Position numbers and translations under genes: made by a program. 64,000 nt of DNA, taken from positions 2,474 to 66,473 of IMG/VR virus record IMGVR_UViG_3300031812_000001. One strand, given 5' to 3'. Positions 46,907 through 55,045 of the stretch are shown in pieces; position 1 is the first letter of the stretch; the number at the start of each line of letters is the position of its first letter. The DNA comes from a virus. The notes below the pieces were generated by a model that saw only the letters and a program-made list of their open reading frames with translations, searched no databases and was not told the DNA's origin.

Positions 46907-47330
46907 GAATAAGTGTCCTAAAATCAACAACTTGCAAGCCAAAGTTAAAGTAATACTTGAAGTGGCTTGCGGCCCATCGCCTTTTCTCTGCCGGACACAG
47001 GACTTCGGGGCAGGTGACGCCAGCGAGCGCGAGTTAACAAGTCCTGTATTTTCAGCAAGATGCAGCCACAACTTCAAGTACCGCATGGGGTTGTTTCCGG
47101 CTGGTTCTGGTGTGCCAGCATTATCAGCAGCTTGCCGTGGAATTGCGATGTGCTACTTTAGGTTTGGCTTGCAATCTACTGATTTTAAAGGGTTTACGTG
47201 TTGCAGAATTGTGCTGGTTCTGGCTTGCCTGTATTATCATCGGCTTGCGGTTGGATTTGTGTGTGTTACTTTAAGTTTGGCTTGTAATTTACTGATTGCA
47301 ATGGAGTTAGGCGTTGCAGAATTTTGCGGG
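46907..47330. repeat. AT-rich non-coding region with inverted ~22-bp repeats and IHF-like sites
   Basis: ttgcaagccaaagttaaagtaa (46932) versus inverted ctactttaggtttggcttgcaa (47153) and ttactttaagtttggcttgtaa (47266). aatcaacaacttg matches WATCAANNNNTTR. Confidence 0.7.
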
Positions 47331-47386
47331 CCACGTGGCCTTGCCTCTGGCCATTGGCGTGCTACGATGTCTGAGTTGGAGGGATC

Positions 47387-47722
47387 ATGAGATACATCCT
47401 CAACAGCGCTGTTGTTACTTCGCCCGGCGACTACCGCTATACGCTTCTGACCGTCGATGAGGCCAGATCGTGGGTGTGCGATGGGCCGTATTTGTCCACG
47501 ATGGGGTATCAAGAGACGGCGGAGCTGGCGCAGGAGATCCTCGGAGTGCCCGTGCCCATGAACCGGGTGATGATCCGGATGGAGCCCGGCGACGAAGCGC
47601 TGGTGGTGCGGATTAATCTGCCGCCGGGCAGCCCGAGGCTGAACCCACGCGACAAGGGCCGGCTGCGGGAGGTGCTGCGTCAGCAGCAGATCGAGATCGG
47701 ACTACTGAAGAGAACGGCGTAG
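47387..47722 (+). CDS. DUF1874 / AcrIII-1-like protein, divergent (GY instead of GH)
   Basis: MRYILNS, STMGYQETA..ILG..VPMNR..I.MEPGDEALV. Own promoter TTGCCT-16-TACGAT at 47341. Confidence 0.7.
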   Translation: MRYILNSAVVTSPGDYRYTLLTVDEARSWVCDGPYLSTMGYQETAELAQEILGVPVPMNRVMIRMEPGDEALVVRINLPPGSPRLNPRDKGRLREVLRQQQIEIGLLKRTA

Positions 47723-47761
47723 TCTTCTTGTAATACGCTGATGCTGCGGCATTTTTGTCTC

Positions 47762-47790
47762 TTGACACACAATGGCGGTCATTGTATATT
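47762..47790 (+). promoter_or_regulatory. Cassette promoter (TGAC-N11-GTCA class)
   Basis: TTGACA-17-TATATT. Confidence 0.75.
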
Positions 47791-47806
47791 GTGGGGGGAG
47801 GAAAAA

Positions 47807-48124
47807 ATGAGAGCCTACACTCCAACCCGTTACGAGATCGTGGCACAAAAGGACGGCGTCGCGCTTCTGGTCGCATACACCAGCCGCCGGAGCCTGAGAA
47901 CGCTTGTGCGGGCCTGCCAAGCTGTCGGACGCGATCTTCTGGCGGCTCTTGGTGGCCTGCCTGAGGATTCGGTGATGACACGGCGCAGCGGGGAGATTGC
48001 GCTGGACCTATCTGGTTGGACCATCCGATACTCGGGCCGAACACAAAGAGAGGCGGAACTCGAGGGGGAACTCCCTTGGGTTCGGGATCTGGCAAAAAAG
48101 CGCTTGACATGCCCTGTCGGATAG
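47807..48124 (+). CDS. Hypothetical early protein
   Basis: GGAGG RBS and own promoter; SGRTQRE motif. Confidence 0.7.
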   Translation: MRAYTPTRYEIVAQKDGVALLVAYTSRRSLRTLVRACQAVGRDLLAALGGLPEDSVMTRRSGEIALDLSGWTIRYSGRTQREAELEGELPWVRDLAKKRLTCPVG

Positions 48125-48132
48125 GGCATAAT
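48104..48132 (+). promoter_or_regulatory. Cassette promoter (TGAC-N11-GATA class)
   Basis: TTGACA-17-CATAAT. Confidence 0.75.
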
Positions 48133-48197
48133 GAGCGCATGGAGGAAACGATGCTATACAGGACATGCAAGATCGAAAAGTTCATGGAGGTGCGTCC

Positions 48198-48431
48198 GTG
48201 AAGCGAGATCCGGTGATTCACCTCCCCATACCCGGAGTGACTCGCGGTCTGGTCGGACTCGCGCGCTGCGGTCGCGTTGTCACGTGGTGGAGCGGGGACC
48301 ACCAGCAGACGCTCCGCGATTTTGCGCGAGATTCAGCCCGCGGGGACACCGCGGGCTACTGTCGGGCCTGCATCAGAGCGCTGGTGGCCACTCGCCGCCG
48401 GCGCGCCAAGAGCAAGATCGGACGAGGATGA
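48198..48431 (+). CDS. Small Zn-binding protein
   Basis: H...ARCG...CRAC; GGAGG RBS; coupled to the next gene. Confidence 0.5.
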   Translation: MKRDPVIHLPIPGVTRGLVGLARCGRVVTWWSGDHQQTLRDFARDSARGDTAGYCRACIRALVATRRRRAKSKIGRG

Positions 48432-49123
48432 GCATGAACCTAGACTTTCAGGAAGTGGTTAAGCGCGCCAAACAAGCCGCAGCCTACAGGGAAGTCATGG
48501 AGGATCTCGAATCCATGAGCGGATGGGATGATTTTGTCCGCCACCCGAAGGCTCATGATTTGGCCTGCTGGTATGCCAGACGTATCGCCACGGGGCCTGT
48601 GCCAGACCTGGAACCGATCATCGCGCGGGATGCCGCCGCTGCGTGCGAGTACGCCAGAGACATCCTGCGCGCAAGGTTTCCCGAAGCGGAGCCGACCATC
48701 GCCGCGCACCCGGATTGGGCGTGCAACTACGCCCGAGAAATTATTGGCGGGCTGTGGCCGGAGGCGGAGGAAGCCATCGCCAGCCAACCGGGATCTGCAT
48801 ACTACTATGCCCGCAACCTCATCCGGGGACGCTGGCCAAACGGTGAACCAGCGGTTTCCCGGAGCCCGCGCTACTCGTACTGCTACGCCAGAGACATTAT
48901 CCGTGGCCGCTGGCCGGAGGCTGAGCATACCATTGCTCAGGACTGCATTTACGCGCTTCAATACGCCCGGGATGTGATCAAAGACCGCTGGCCGGAGGCA
49001 GAACCCGTGATTGTTAAAGATCCACTTCAGGCGTACTTCTATGCTCGTGAGGTCCTGAAATGCAGTCCGCGGGAGGCGCGAAGGGGCTTCCTTCCGAAGC
49101 CGCGTCAAGGGGCGCGGCGCTGA
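48428..49123 (+). CDS. 26-aa tandem repeat protein, paralogue 1
   Basis: Cap plus 5 full repeats of xxxxAxxYARxVIxGRWPEAEPxIAx. Confidence 0.85.
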   Translation: MSMNLDFQEVVKRAKQAAAYREVMEDLESMSGWDDFVRHPKAHDLACWYARRIATGPVPDLEPIIARDAAAACEYARDILRARFPEAEPTIAAHPDWACNYAREIIGGLWPEAEEAIASQPGSAYYYARNLIRGRWPNGEPAVSRSPRYSYCYARDIIRGRWPEAEHTIAQDCIYALQYARDVIKDRWPEAEPVIVKDPLQAYFYAREVLKCSPREARRGFLPKPRQGARR

Positions 49124-49134
49124 TAAGATCCTGC

Positions 49135-49196
49135 TTGACACACTATGCCAGATAGTGTATGATGCAAGCAGCGGGAAGCCGCAAAGAGGAGGAAAG
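49135..49196 (+). promoter_or_regulatory. Cassette promoter + 5' hairpin + RBS
   Basis: TTGACA-17-TATGAT; gcgg-gaag-ccgc; agaggaggaaag. Confidence 0.75.
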
Positions 49197-49916
49197 ATGA
49201 ACTTAAGCTTTCACGATGCAGTTAAGCGCGCAAGGGACGCCGGAGCCTGCCGGGAGGTGGTCCGAAAGCTGGAAGCCATGACCGGCTGGGACGAATTCGC
49301 CCGGCATCCGATGGCCCCCGATTGGGCCTGCTGGTATGCCATCCGTGTCGTCAGGCAGCCCGTGCCCGACCTGGAGCCGATCATCGCGCGAAACGCCAGA
49401 GACGCTTATATGTATGCCGAGGGCATTCTCCGCCGCAGATTCGAGCCTGGAGAGCCCGCCATTGCAACCAGATCAACCTACGCCTATTACTACGCCCGCG
49501 ACGTGATCCGCGCCCGCTGGCCGCAAGGGGAGCCGGCAATTGCCCGGAGCGCGGTGACGGCATCATTGTATGCTATTGACCTGATCGGAGGAAGGTGGCC
49601 CCAAGCCGAGACCACCATCATGAAAGATCCCGGATCAGCATGTTTGTATGCTCGGCAGGCCATTCGGGGCCGCTGGCCGGAAGCGGAGCCGGTCATCGCC
49701 AGCGAGCCTTGGGCTGCTATGATGTACGCCCGAGAGGTTCTGCGGTCTAGATGGCCCGAGGCAGAGCCCCTGGTTTCTCGGGAGCCGGAGTCGGCCTTCC
49801 ACTACGCTCGGGATGTGATCGGCGGCCGCTGGCCGGAAGCCGAACCGGTCATCCTGTCGGATGACGACTACGCCTGGCGTTATGAGCACGAGGTTTTAGA
49901 GAGAGCTGAACCTTAA
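49197..49916 (+). CDS. 26-aa tandem repeat protein, paralogue 2
   Basis: Same cap plus 6 full repeats. Confidence 0.85.
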   Translation: MNLSFHDAVKRARDAGACREVVRKLEAMTGWDEFARHPMAPDWACWYAIRVVRQPVPDLEPIIARNARDAYMYAEGILRRRFEPGEPAIATRSTYAYYYARDVIRARWPQGEPAIARSAVTASLYAIDLIGGRWPQAETTIMKDPGSACLYARQAIRGRWPEAEPVIASEPWAAMMYAREVLRSRWPEAEPLVSREPESAFHYARDVIGGRWPEAEPVILSDDDYAWRYEHEVLERAEP

Positions 49917-49953
49917 CGGTCAGCGGCAAACCGCAGAGAGAGGAGGAAAGAAC

Positions 49954-50682
49954 ATGGAATTTCACGACGCAATCGCGCGCGCCCGCCAAGCCGGAGCCTG
50001 CCGGGAGGCGCTTGAGGCTGTGGAGTCTATGAGCGGCTGGAATGAATTCGCACTCCATCCAAGGGCCGCAGAATGGGCCATGTGGTATGCGTCCAACGTG
50101 ATGCAGGACCGTGTCCGGCGGCTGGAACCGATCATCGCGCGCCATCCTGAGTACGCCTACCGCTATGCCAGTGAAGTGATCCGCGCCCGCTGGCCTCAGG
50201 GGGAGGCGGCAATCGCCAAGGACGCGCAGTGGGCGTGGCGATACGCCAAGCACGTGATCGGCGGACCGTGGCCTCAGGCGGAACCAGCAATCTCCCAACA
50301 TCCTGAGTGGGCGTGCTGCTACGCCGTTGATGTGATCCGCGCTCGCTGGCCCCAAGGGGAACCGGCGATTGCGCGCAACCCATACTACGCTTACTACTAC
50401 GCACGAAAAATTATCCGCGCCCCCTGGCCGGAGGCGGAGCCTGTCATGGCCCAACATGCGCAGTGGGCTTACTGCTACGCCCGCGACGTGATCCGCGGGC
50501 GGTGGACTCAAGTGGAGGCAGCCATCGCCAAGCATCCGCATTGGGCGTACTGCTACGCTCGGCACGTGATTGGCGGCCGCTGGCCAGAGGCGGAACCGGT
50601 CATTGCCAGAGATGGGTTCGCTGCGCACTACTACGACTGCACAGTTCGAGGCGTTTTAGGCCGCAAGGAGGAGGAGAAATGA
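49954..50682 (+). CDS. 26-aa tandem repeat protein, paralogue 3
   Basis: Same cap plus 6 full repeats; same hairpin-RBS leader (49923-49950). Confidence 0.85.
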   Translation: MEFHDAIARARQAGACREALEAVESMSGWNEFALHPRAAEWAMWYASNVMQDRVRRLEPIIARHPEYAYRYASEVIRARWPQGEAAIAKDAQWAWRYAKHVIGGPWPQAEPAISQHPEWACCYAVDVIRARWPQGEPAIARNPYYAYYYARKIIRAPWPEAEPVMAQHAQWAYCYARDVIRGRWTQVEAAIAKHPHWAYCYARHVIGGRWPEAEPVIARDGFAAHYYDCTVRGVLGRKEEEK

Positions 50683-51023
50683 CTGACGAGTTGATCACTG
50701 CATTCGGCCCCGATATCCCCATGCAGGAAATCGCGGCCGCGCTCTGGTACTACGACCGCGGCGAGATCGAGGACATCATCGAGCTGGCCAACACGGACAT
50801 ACAAGAGGCCTGCCAGCGGCTGATGCAGGCAAAAAAAGAGGCCGATGAAGCGTTCGGCGAGGGCTGGCAGGTTGTCGAGACCGTCAGCCCAGAAACACCG
50901 TGGGCCGTGGAAAAGCGGTTGTGGGACATGGATTTGTCTTGTGGTCGAGACGGCGCGGTGACGTATTGGTTGGTGCCCAAGAGGAGGCTCCGCCGGGTGC
51001 AGAGGCTGCTGGACAAGTGTTAG
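50679..51023 (+). CDS. Hypothetical early protein
   Basis: GGAGGAG RBS; ATGA coupling. Confidence 0.65.
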   Translation: MTDELITAFGPDIPMQEIAAALWYYDRGEIEDIIELANTDIQEACQRLMQAKKEADEAFGEGWQVVETVSPETPWAVEKRLWDMDLSCGRDGAVTYWLVPKRRLRRVQRLLDKC

Positions 51024-51058
51024 TCTGGGCAGATCTGAGCCCGTGTAACCAGAGGTCC

Positions 51059-51123
51059 TTGACACGCGTTGCCAGATATAGTATATTGAGGATGCGGCAA
51101 TAGGCCGCAGAGGAGGAAGAGAC
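51059..51123 (+). promoter_or_regulatory. Cassette promoter + 5' hairpin + RBS
   Basis: TTGACA-17-TATATT; gaggatgcggc-aatag-gccgca-gaggaggaagagac. Confidence 0.8.
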
Positions 51124-51591
51124 ATGGAAAACACGATCATTGATCAACTTCGCGCCGTGATAAAGGCGCATCAGGACTCGCTGGCTGCACTCCGCGAGCG
51201 CATTGCCGACCTGCTTGATCCAATCCCCGTGGGGGTGACCCTTTCAGACGCCGACGGCGAGGTCTGCCGGATCGTCCCAGTCTGCACGGGGGCCTCCCAG
51301 TGGGCCAATCGCACGTGGGATGTCACCATACGCGGAAAGGGCGCGCTGAGCCCACAGGGAAAGCTGATCTGCGAGTGGCTCAAAGACGCGTATTGGGACG
51401 GCAATAACTTACACCGCCGGAAGACCGAGGCTACGTGTAGCTACGAGCGCGGCGAGATCGGCGATGAACTCCAGTGGCTCTCAAGCCGTGAAACGCGCGC
51501 TCTGGCTGTGCGACTGCCGGCCGCAATTGCCAAATACATGCAGGAGTGCGAGGAAGAGACCAAGGCCAACCACGCGACGCTAGCCCGCTGA
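51124..51591 (+). CDS. Hypothetical early protein
   Basis: Own promoter, RBS and terminator. Confidence 0.7.
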   Translation: MENTIIDQLRAVIKAHQDSLAALRERIADLLDPIPVGVTLSDADGEVCRIVPVCTGASQWANRTWDVTIRGKGALSPQGKLICEWLKDAYWDGNNLHRRKTEATCSYERGEIGDELQWLSSRETRALAVRLPAAIAKYMQECEEETKANHATLAR

Positions 51592-51603
51592 TCACCATCC
51601 CAC

Positions 51604-51647
51604 GCCCCCGGACCGCCGGCGAGCGGTCCCGGGGGCTTTGTTTTTTC
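51604..51647 (+). terminator. Intrinsic terminator
   Basis: gcccccggaccgc-loop-gcggtcccgggggc followed by tttgtttttt. Confidence 0.75.
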
Positions 51648-51662
51648 TGGTGCAGCCGAATC

Positions 51663-51731
51663 TTGACAAGCCATGCCGGATATAGTATTATGAGGATGCG
51701 GCGCAAGCCGCAGAGAGAGGAGGAAGAGACG
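51663..51731 (+). promoter_or_regulatory. Cassette promoter + 5' hairpin + RBS
   Basis: TTGACA-17-TATTAT; gaggatgcggc-gcaa-gccgca-gagagaggaggaagagac. Confidence 0.8.
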
Positions 51732-52367
51732 ATGGAGCCTATGGACATGATGAAAGAGCTGGCCAGCCGGGTGGCTGCTGGGCAGACCACGATTGACGCG
51801 CTTGCCGCTGAGCGCGGCTGGCGGATCATCGAGGACTGGAGGGAGGGCCGCTGCGTGCTGCCGGAGCCCCCGCTGTGGTGTGTCGCCGATGAAGGCGGTG
51901 TCTGGCCGTGCCCGGATGCCCGGACGCCGGAAGAGACCGCTCGGGAGTACCTCTACGGGGCAGACTGGATCGAGCCCAGCTCGCGCACCCAGTGGGCGAA
52001 CGTCACTGTATTCCGCCCGGCGATAGACGCCGATGGGTTCCTCTGCCGGGTGGACGACCAGATCGTGAAAGTCAGCATCCACCCGGACGAGCCCCCCTGC
52101 GTGGACGACGACGACCATGATTGGCGCGCGCCACACGAGATCGTAGGCGGCTGCGAGTCCAATCCGGGCGTTTGGGCGAGCGGCGGCGGAGTCATGATCG
52201 TCGAGGTCTGCGTCCGCTGCGGGTGCGGGAAAATCACGGATACATGGGCACAAGACCCGCAGGATGGGACGCAGGGACTTGAGAGCGTGGAGTATCAGCC
52301 CGGGCGCTATACGGACAAGCTGAGGAAGCGGAGGAACCGAAAGGCTCCATCACAGGAGGTAAAGTGA
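51732..52367 (+). CDS. Hypothetical early protein with C-terminal Zn-binding motif
   Basis: PDEPPC...HDW..P...GGC..NPGV...GGG....EVC..CG motif. Confidence 0.7.
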   Translation: MEPMDMMKELASRVAAGQTTIDALAAERGWRIIEDWREGRCVLPEPPLWCVADEGGVWPCPDARTPEETAREYLYGADWIEPSSRTQWANVTVFRPAIDADGFLCRVDDQIVKVSIHPDEPPCVDDDDHDWRAPHEIVGGCESNPGVWASGGGVMIVEVCVRCGCGKITDTWAQDPQDGTQGLESVEYQPGRYTDKLRKRRNRKAPSQEVK

Positions 52368-52861
52368 TGATTTTACGAGACCTATTGGCCCTGCGCAGGG
52401 CCATCCAGAGCCTGACCGAGTCGACTAGGGCCACGCTCGTCCTTGGCGGCGTGGCCGCCCACCTCGACGGCCGGCGTAGTCCCTACGTCTCGGGCCGCCG
52501 CGTGGAGTACCAATGCGCCGTCGAGGTCGACGGCGCGAAAAACCTCAGGTATCAACTGGCGTTTTCGGGGCCCACGGCCCGGCCGGAGCCCCTCGAGGGC
52601 TACGAGCATGAGTGGCGCGCCCTGGTCGTCCCGGAGTCCCTGCTCACACCGCTCCGGGATGAGTTCATTCTCTATTTCGGCCGGGCACCGTGGAGCCCCG
52701 GCTGCGGACTGGTGCACGTCTGGGTAGCGGTGCGGGTGCTCGAGGGATGGGAGTCCGATGGCCGCCCGCGGTACAGGTATGCGCCAGCAGACCAGCCGGA
52801 GCCTGGCCTCGTACTCCCGCCGCTCTGCCCGCCGCCGCCGAGCTGGCCAGCAGCTCAGTGA
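52364..52861 (+). CDS. Hypothetical protein
   Basis: AGGAGG RBS; coupled; followed by a terminator-like hairpin (about 52892-52930). Confidence 0.55.
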   Translation: MMILRDLLALRRAIQSLTESTRATLVLGGVAAHLDGRRSPYVSGRRVEYQCAVEVDGAKNLRYQLAFSGPTARPEPLEGYEHEWRALVVPESLLTPLRDEFILYFGRAPWSPGCGLVHVWVAVRVLEGWESDGRPRYRYAPADQPEPGLVLPPLCPPPPSWPAAQ

Positions 52862-52956
52862 GCCCACCCGCCTGATGAGGCCGGGGGGCGGCCCCCGGCC
52901 CCTTCCCGGGGCCGGGGCTCCGATTTTTTTGCCCATTTTTTTCGCGCGGGGGGGGC

Positions 52957-52985
52957 TTGACATGCCATGCCTGCCATGCTATAAC
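52957..52985 (+). promoter_or_regulatory. Cassette promoter
   Basis: TTGACA-17-TATAAC. Confidence 0.75.
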
Positions 52986-53024
52986 TTAGGCATGGCGCAC
53001 CTGGCGCGGAGAGGAGGTGAGAAA

Positions 53025-53360
53025 ATGATGACCCGTGAGCTATTTCTCGAAGGCCTCCGCCGGTGGCAGGAGTCCGCGCCCGAGGAGTCGCTGATAACAG
53101 CGGTGCGCTTCAACGAGTGGTCCAATGACGGGCCCACAAAGATGGCCCTATACCCCGGCCATCTTGTCGGTTCGCTGAGGACCCGCGGGCGCGAGGTGGA
53201 GGTCTCATTTCTGCGTGGCCCCGATGGGAACCTCATCGATGTCTGCTCTTGGTGCGGCCCCCGGGCTGCCTGCCGGCACGCCGCCGGGCTCGCGGAATGG
53301 GCCTTGAAGGTCCAGCTCGCGCCCGGAGCGTTGGCCAACTGGCCCGTCACAACTTTCTGA
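53025..53360 (+). CDS. SWIM-like zinc finger protein
   Basis: CSWCGPRAACRH; GAGGAGG RBS. Confidence 0.6.
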   Translation: MMTRELFLEGLRRWQESAPEESLITAVRFNEWSNDGPTKMALYPGHLVGSLRTRGREVEVSFLRGPDGNLIDVCSWCGPRAACRHAAGLAEWALKVQLAPGALANWPVTTF

Positions 53361-53509
53361 TCCCAGCCCCCTGCAATGGGGGCTTCCGGAAGACCTAATT
53401 CCCGGCCCCCGGGCCCCGTCGATGGGGCTCCGGGGGCTTCGACTTTCTTGGCGGCAATCCGCCGCCGCGCCAAGCCCAATCCCTGCCGGCATCCCGCAGC
53501 GTGAGCCCC

Positions 53510-53551
53510 AAAAAAGCAAAAGCCCCCTGCCCCGAGAAGGGGCAGGGGGCT
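53510..53551 (-). terminator. Terminator of the minus-strand AcrIII-1 cassette
   Basis: agccccctgcccc stem followed by ttttgctttttt on the minus strand. Confidence 0.75.
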
Positions 53552-53591
53552 ATGGTCTCTCGGAAGCCCCCCCTTTTAGGGGGGGGCGGGC

Positions 53592-53942
53592 CTACCCGTC
53601 CCAGTCCTCCGGGTAGGGTGCATACAGCCTTACGAGAAAGTACCGGATCTCGGCCCCGGGAGGCAGGGCGGTTGCCCCCTCAGGGAGCCGCGGGCCAGTG
53701 TACTGCGCCACAACCAGCGAGTCCCCCGGCTCGAGCGAGATCGAGGTCCGGTTCACCTCGACCTCCAGACCTAACTGCGAGGCGATCAACCGGGCAGTGT
53801 CCGCGTGGCCGACCGCGGACACAAAGCCCTCGGATAGAAGGGCCTTGGCGTTCTGCGGATGAACCGGGAAAACACTGAAGTTGTGCACGAAGCCCCCTTG
53901 CGGGAGCATGTTGAGCGAAAAGGCGTTTGTAAGGTATCTCAT
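53592..53942 (-). CDS. acrIII-1: AcrIII-1 / DUF1874 viral ring nuclease (cA4-degrading anti-CRISPR)
   Basis: YLTNAFSLNML, FVSAVGHADTA (catalytic His), VNR..I.L.PGD and GPRLPEG match the STIV B116/SIRV1 gp29/YddF family. Leaderless promoter TTGACA-17-TACGAT (53977-53949). Confidence 0.9.
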   Translation of the reverse strand: MRYLTNAFSLNMLPQGGFVHNFSVFPVHPQNAKALLSEGFVSAVGHADTARLIASQLGLEVEVNRTSISLEPGDSLVVAQYTGPRLPEGATALPPGAEIRYFLVRLYAPYPEDWDG

Positions 53943-54302
53943 GCCCTAATCGTACACTGATAGCTAGCGCATGTCAAGCCCCAATCCCTGCCGGCTGCCC
54001 GCCGCGCTCGCGGCGCGCGCCCCGCGCGACGCCGCCCAACCCACACCCCACACGCGTCCCGCGCGCCAAGCCCGATGCCGCCGCCCCCCCACACCCCCCA
54101 TTTAAAAAAGGAAGCCCCCCCGCCCCCTAAGGTTTACCGATCTTTTTTCTCGGCCACTTTTTCAGAAACCGATTCACGGACAAAGCCAGCCATAGCACGT
54201 AAAACACAAGCGTTACCTTAGATCCATGACCCCCAGTACCAAACCACAGAATCCACCTGAACTTTCGTCGCCAAGTCATTGATTCCACTGCAAATAAAAA
54301 TC

Positions 54303-54331
54303 TTGACAATTCACCTTCACGGTGCTATAAA
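54303..54331 (+). promoter_or_regulatory. Promoter for the tRNA/packaging/head operon
   Basis: TTGACA-17-TATAAA, preceded by IHF-like caagtcattgatt and an A-rich UP element. Confidence 0.75.
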
Positions 54332-54419
54332 ATTGGCTTATACATAGCGGTAGACTCCGCTCCGCCTGGCGCCGGGTGGGATAGGCCGACCGAACCGGCT
54401 AAAGTTCGGGCGCAGAAAT

Positions 54420-54707
54420 ATGTACGCTAGGCGTGTTCGAATACTGGCGAGCCGGGCGGTTCAGCGGACGGTGAGGGTTGTACATGCGGACGAGGCTGAG
54501 CGTCTGGTTAAGGCTGGATATGCGAAGCCCGAGTGGGTAGATGGTGGAGTGATCCGGGCGGTGGCACTGACTGTGGGGAGCGGCGGTTCTGGTTTGTTGG
54601 CGCCGTATTCGACGGCGATTTGGCAGGAGCTTAGGCGCGGGGACGAGGTAATTGGGCACGCTTGGGCGATGAAGTTTGTGAGTGAGGGGGAGTCATGGGT
54701 ATTATAG
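54420..54707 (+). CDS. Hypothetical protein
   Basis: First ORF after the promoter. Confidence 0.45.
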   Translation: MYARRVRILASRAVQRTVRVVHADEAERLVKAGYAKPEWVDGGVIRAVALTVGSGGSGLLAPYSTAIWQELRRGDEVIGHAWAMKFVSEGESWVL

Positions 54708-55042
54708 AGTTTCCGTTCTCTCCGCAGCGCAACACAGAGGCGGCTCCGGCCTCTGCGATTCCTCCTTCTCCCTCCTCTCAACCTCCTCGTCTAGGGGGGC
54801 AGTCTGAGGCTGCCCCCCGCGCTTTTAGTGCGAAGGACATGGAGGAAGCGGAGGAGATAGTGGCGTGGCTGGTGATTCAGTATGGGGTGCCGGAGGGGGG
54901 TGGGAGATACCATTCTGGGTATTTGACTGCGATGGCGGACGCGATGCGGTGGCTGGCATCGCGGGGCAAGGCCGAGATGGTGAAAGACGGTCCTGGGCGG
55001 AACGTAGTGATTCGGATACCTTGGGCTGAGGATCTTTGTTGA
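54695..55042 (+). CDS. Hypothetical protein
   Basis: GGGGGAG RBS. Confidence 0.5.
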   Translation: MGIIEFPFSPQRNTEAAPASAIPPSPSSQPPRLGGQSEAAPRAFSAKDMEEAEEIVAWLVIQYGVPEGGGRYHSGYLTAMADAMRWLASRGKAEMVKDGPGRNVVIRIPWAEDLC

Positions 55043-55045
55043 AGG

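Noticed and set aside
46881-47390. 169-aa ORF across the repeat region
   Set aside because: Atypical Cys/Leu/Phe-rich composition, no RBS, and it overlaps the inverted repeats and a promoter.
48428-50682. Diversity-generating retroelement template/variable repeats
   Set aside because: No reverse transcriptase in the window, and the differences between repeats do not look adenine-specific.
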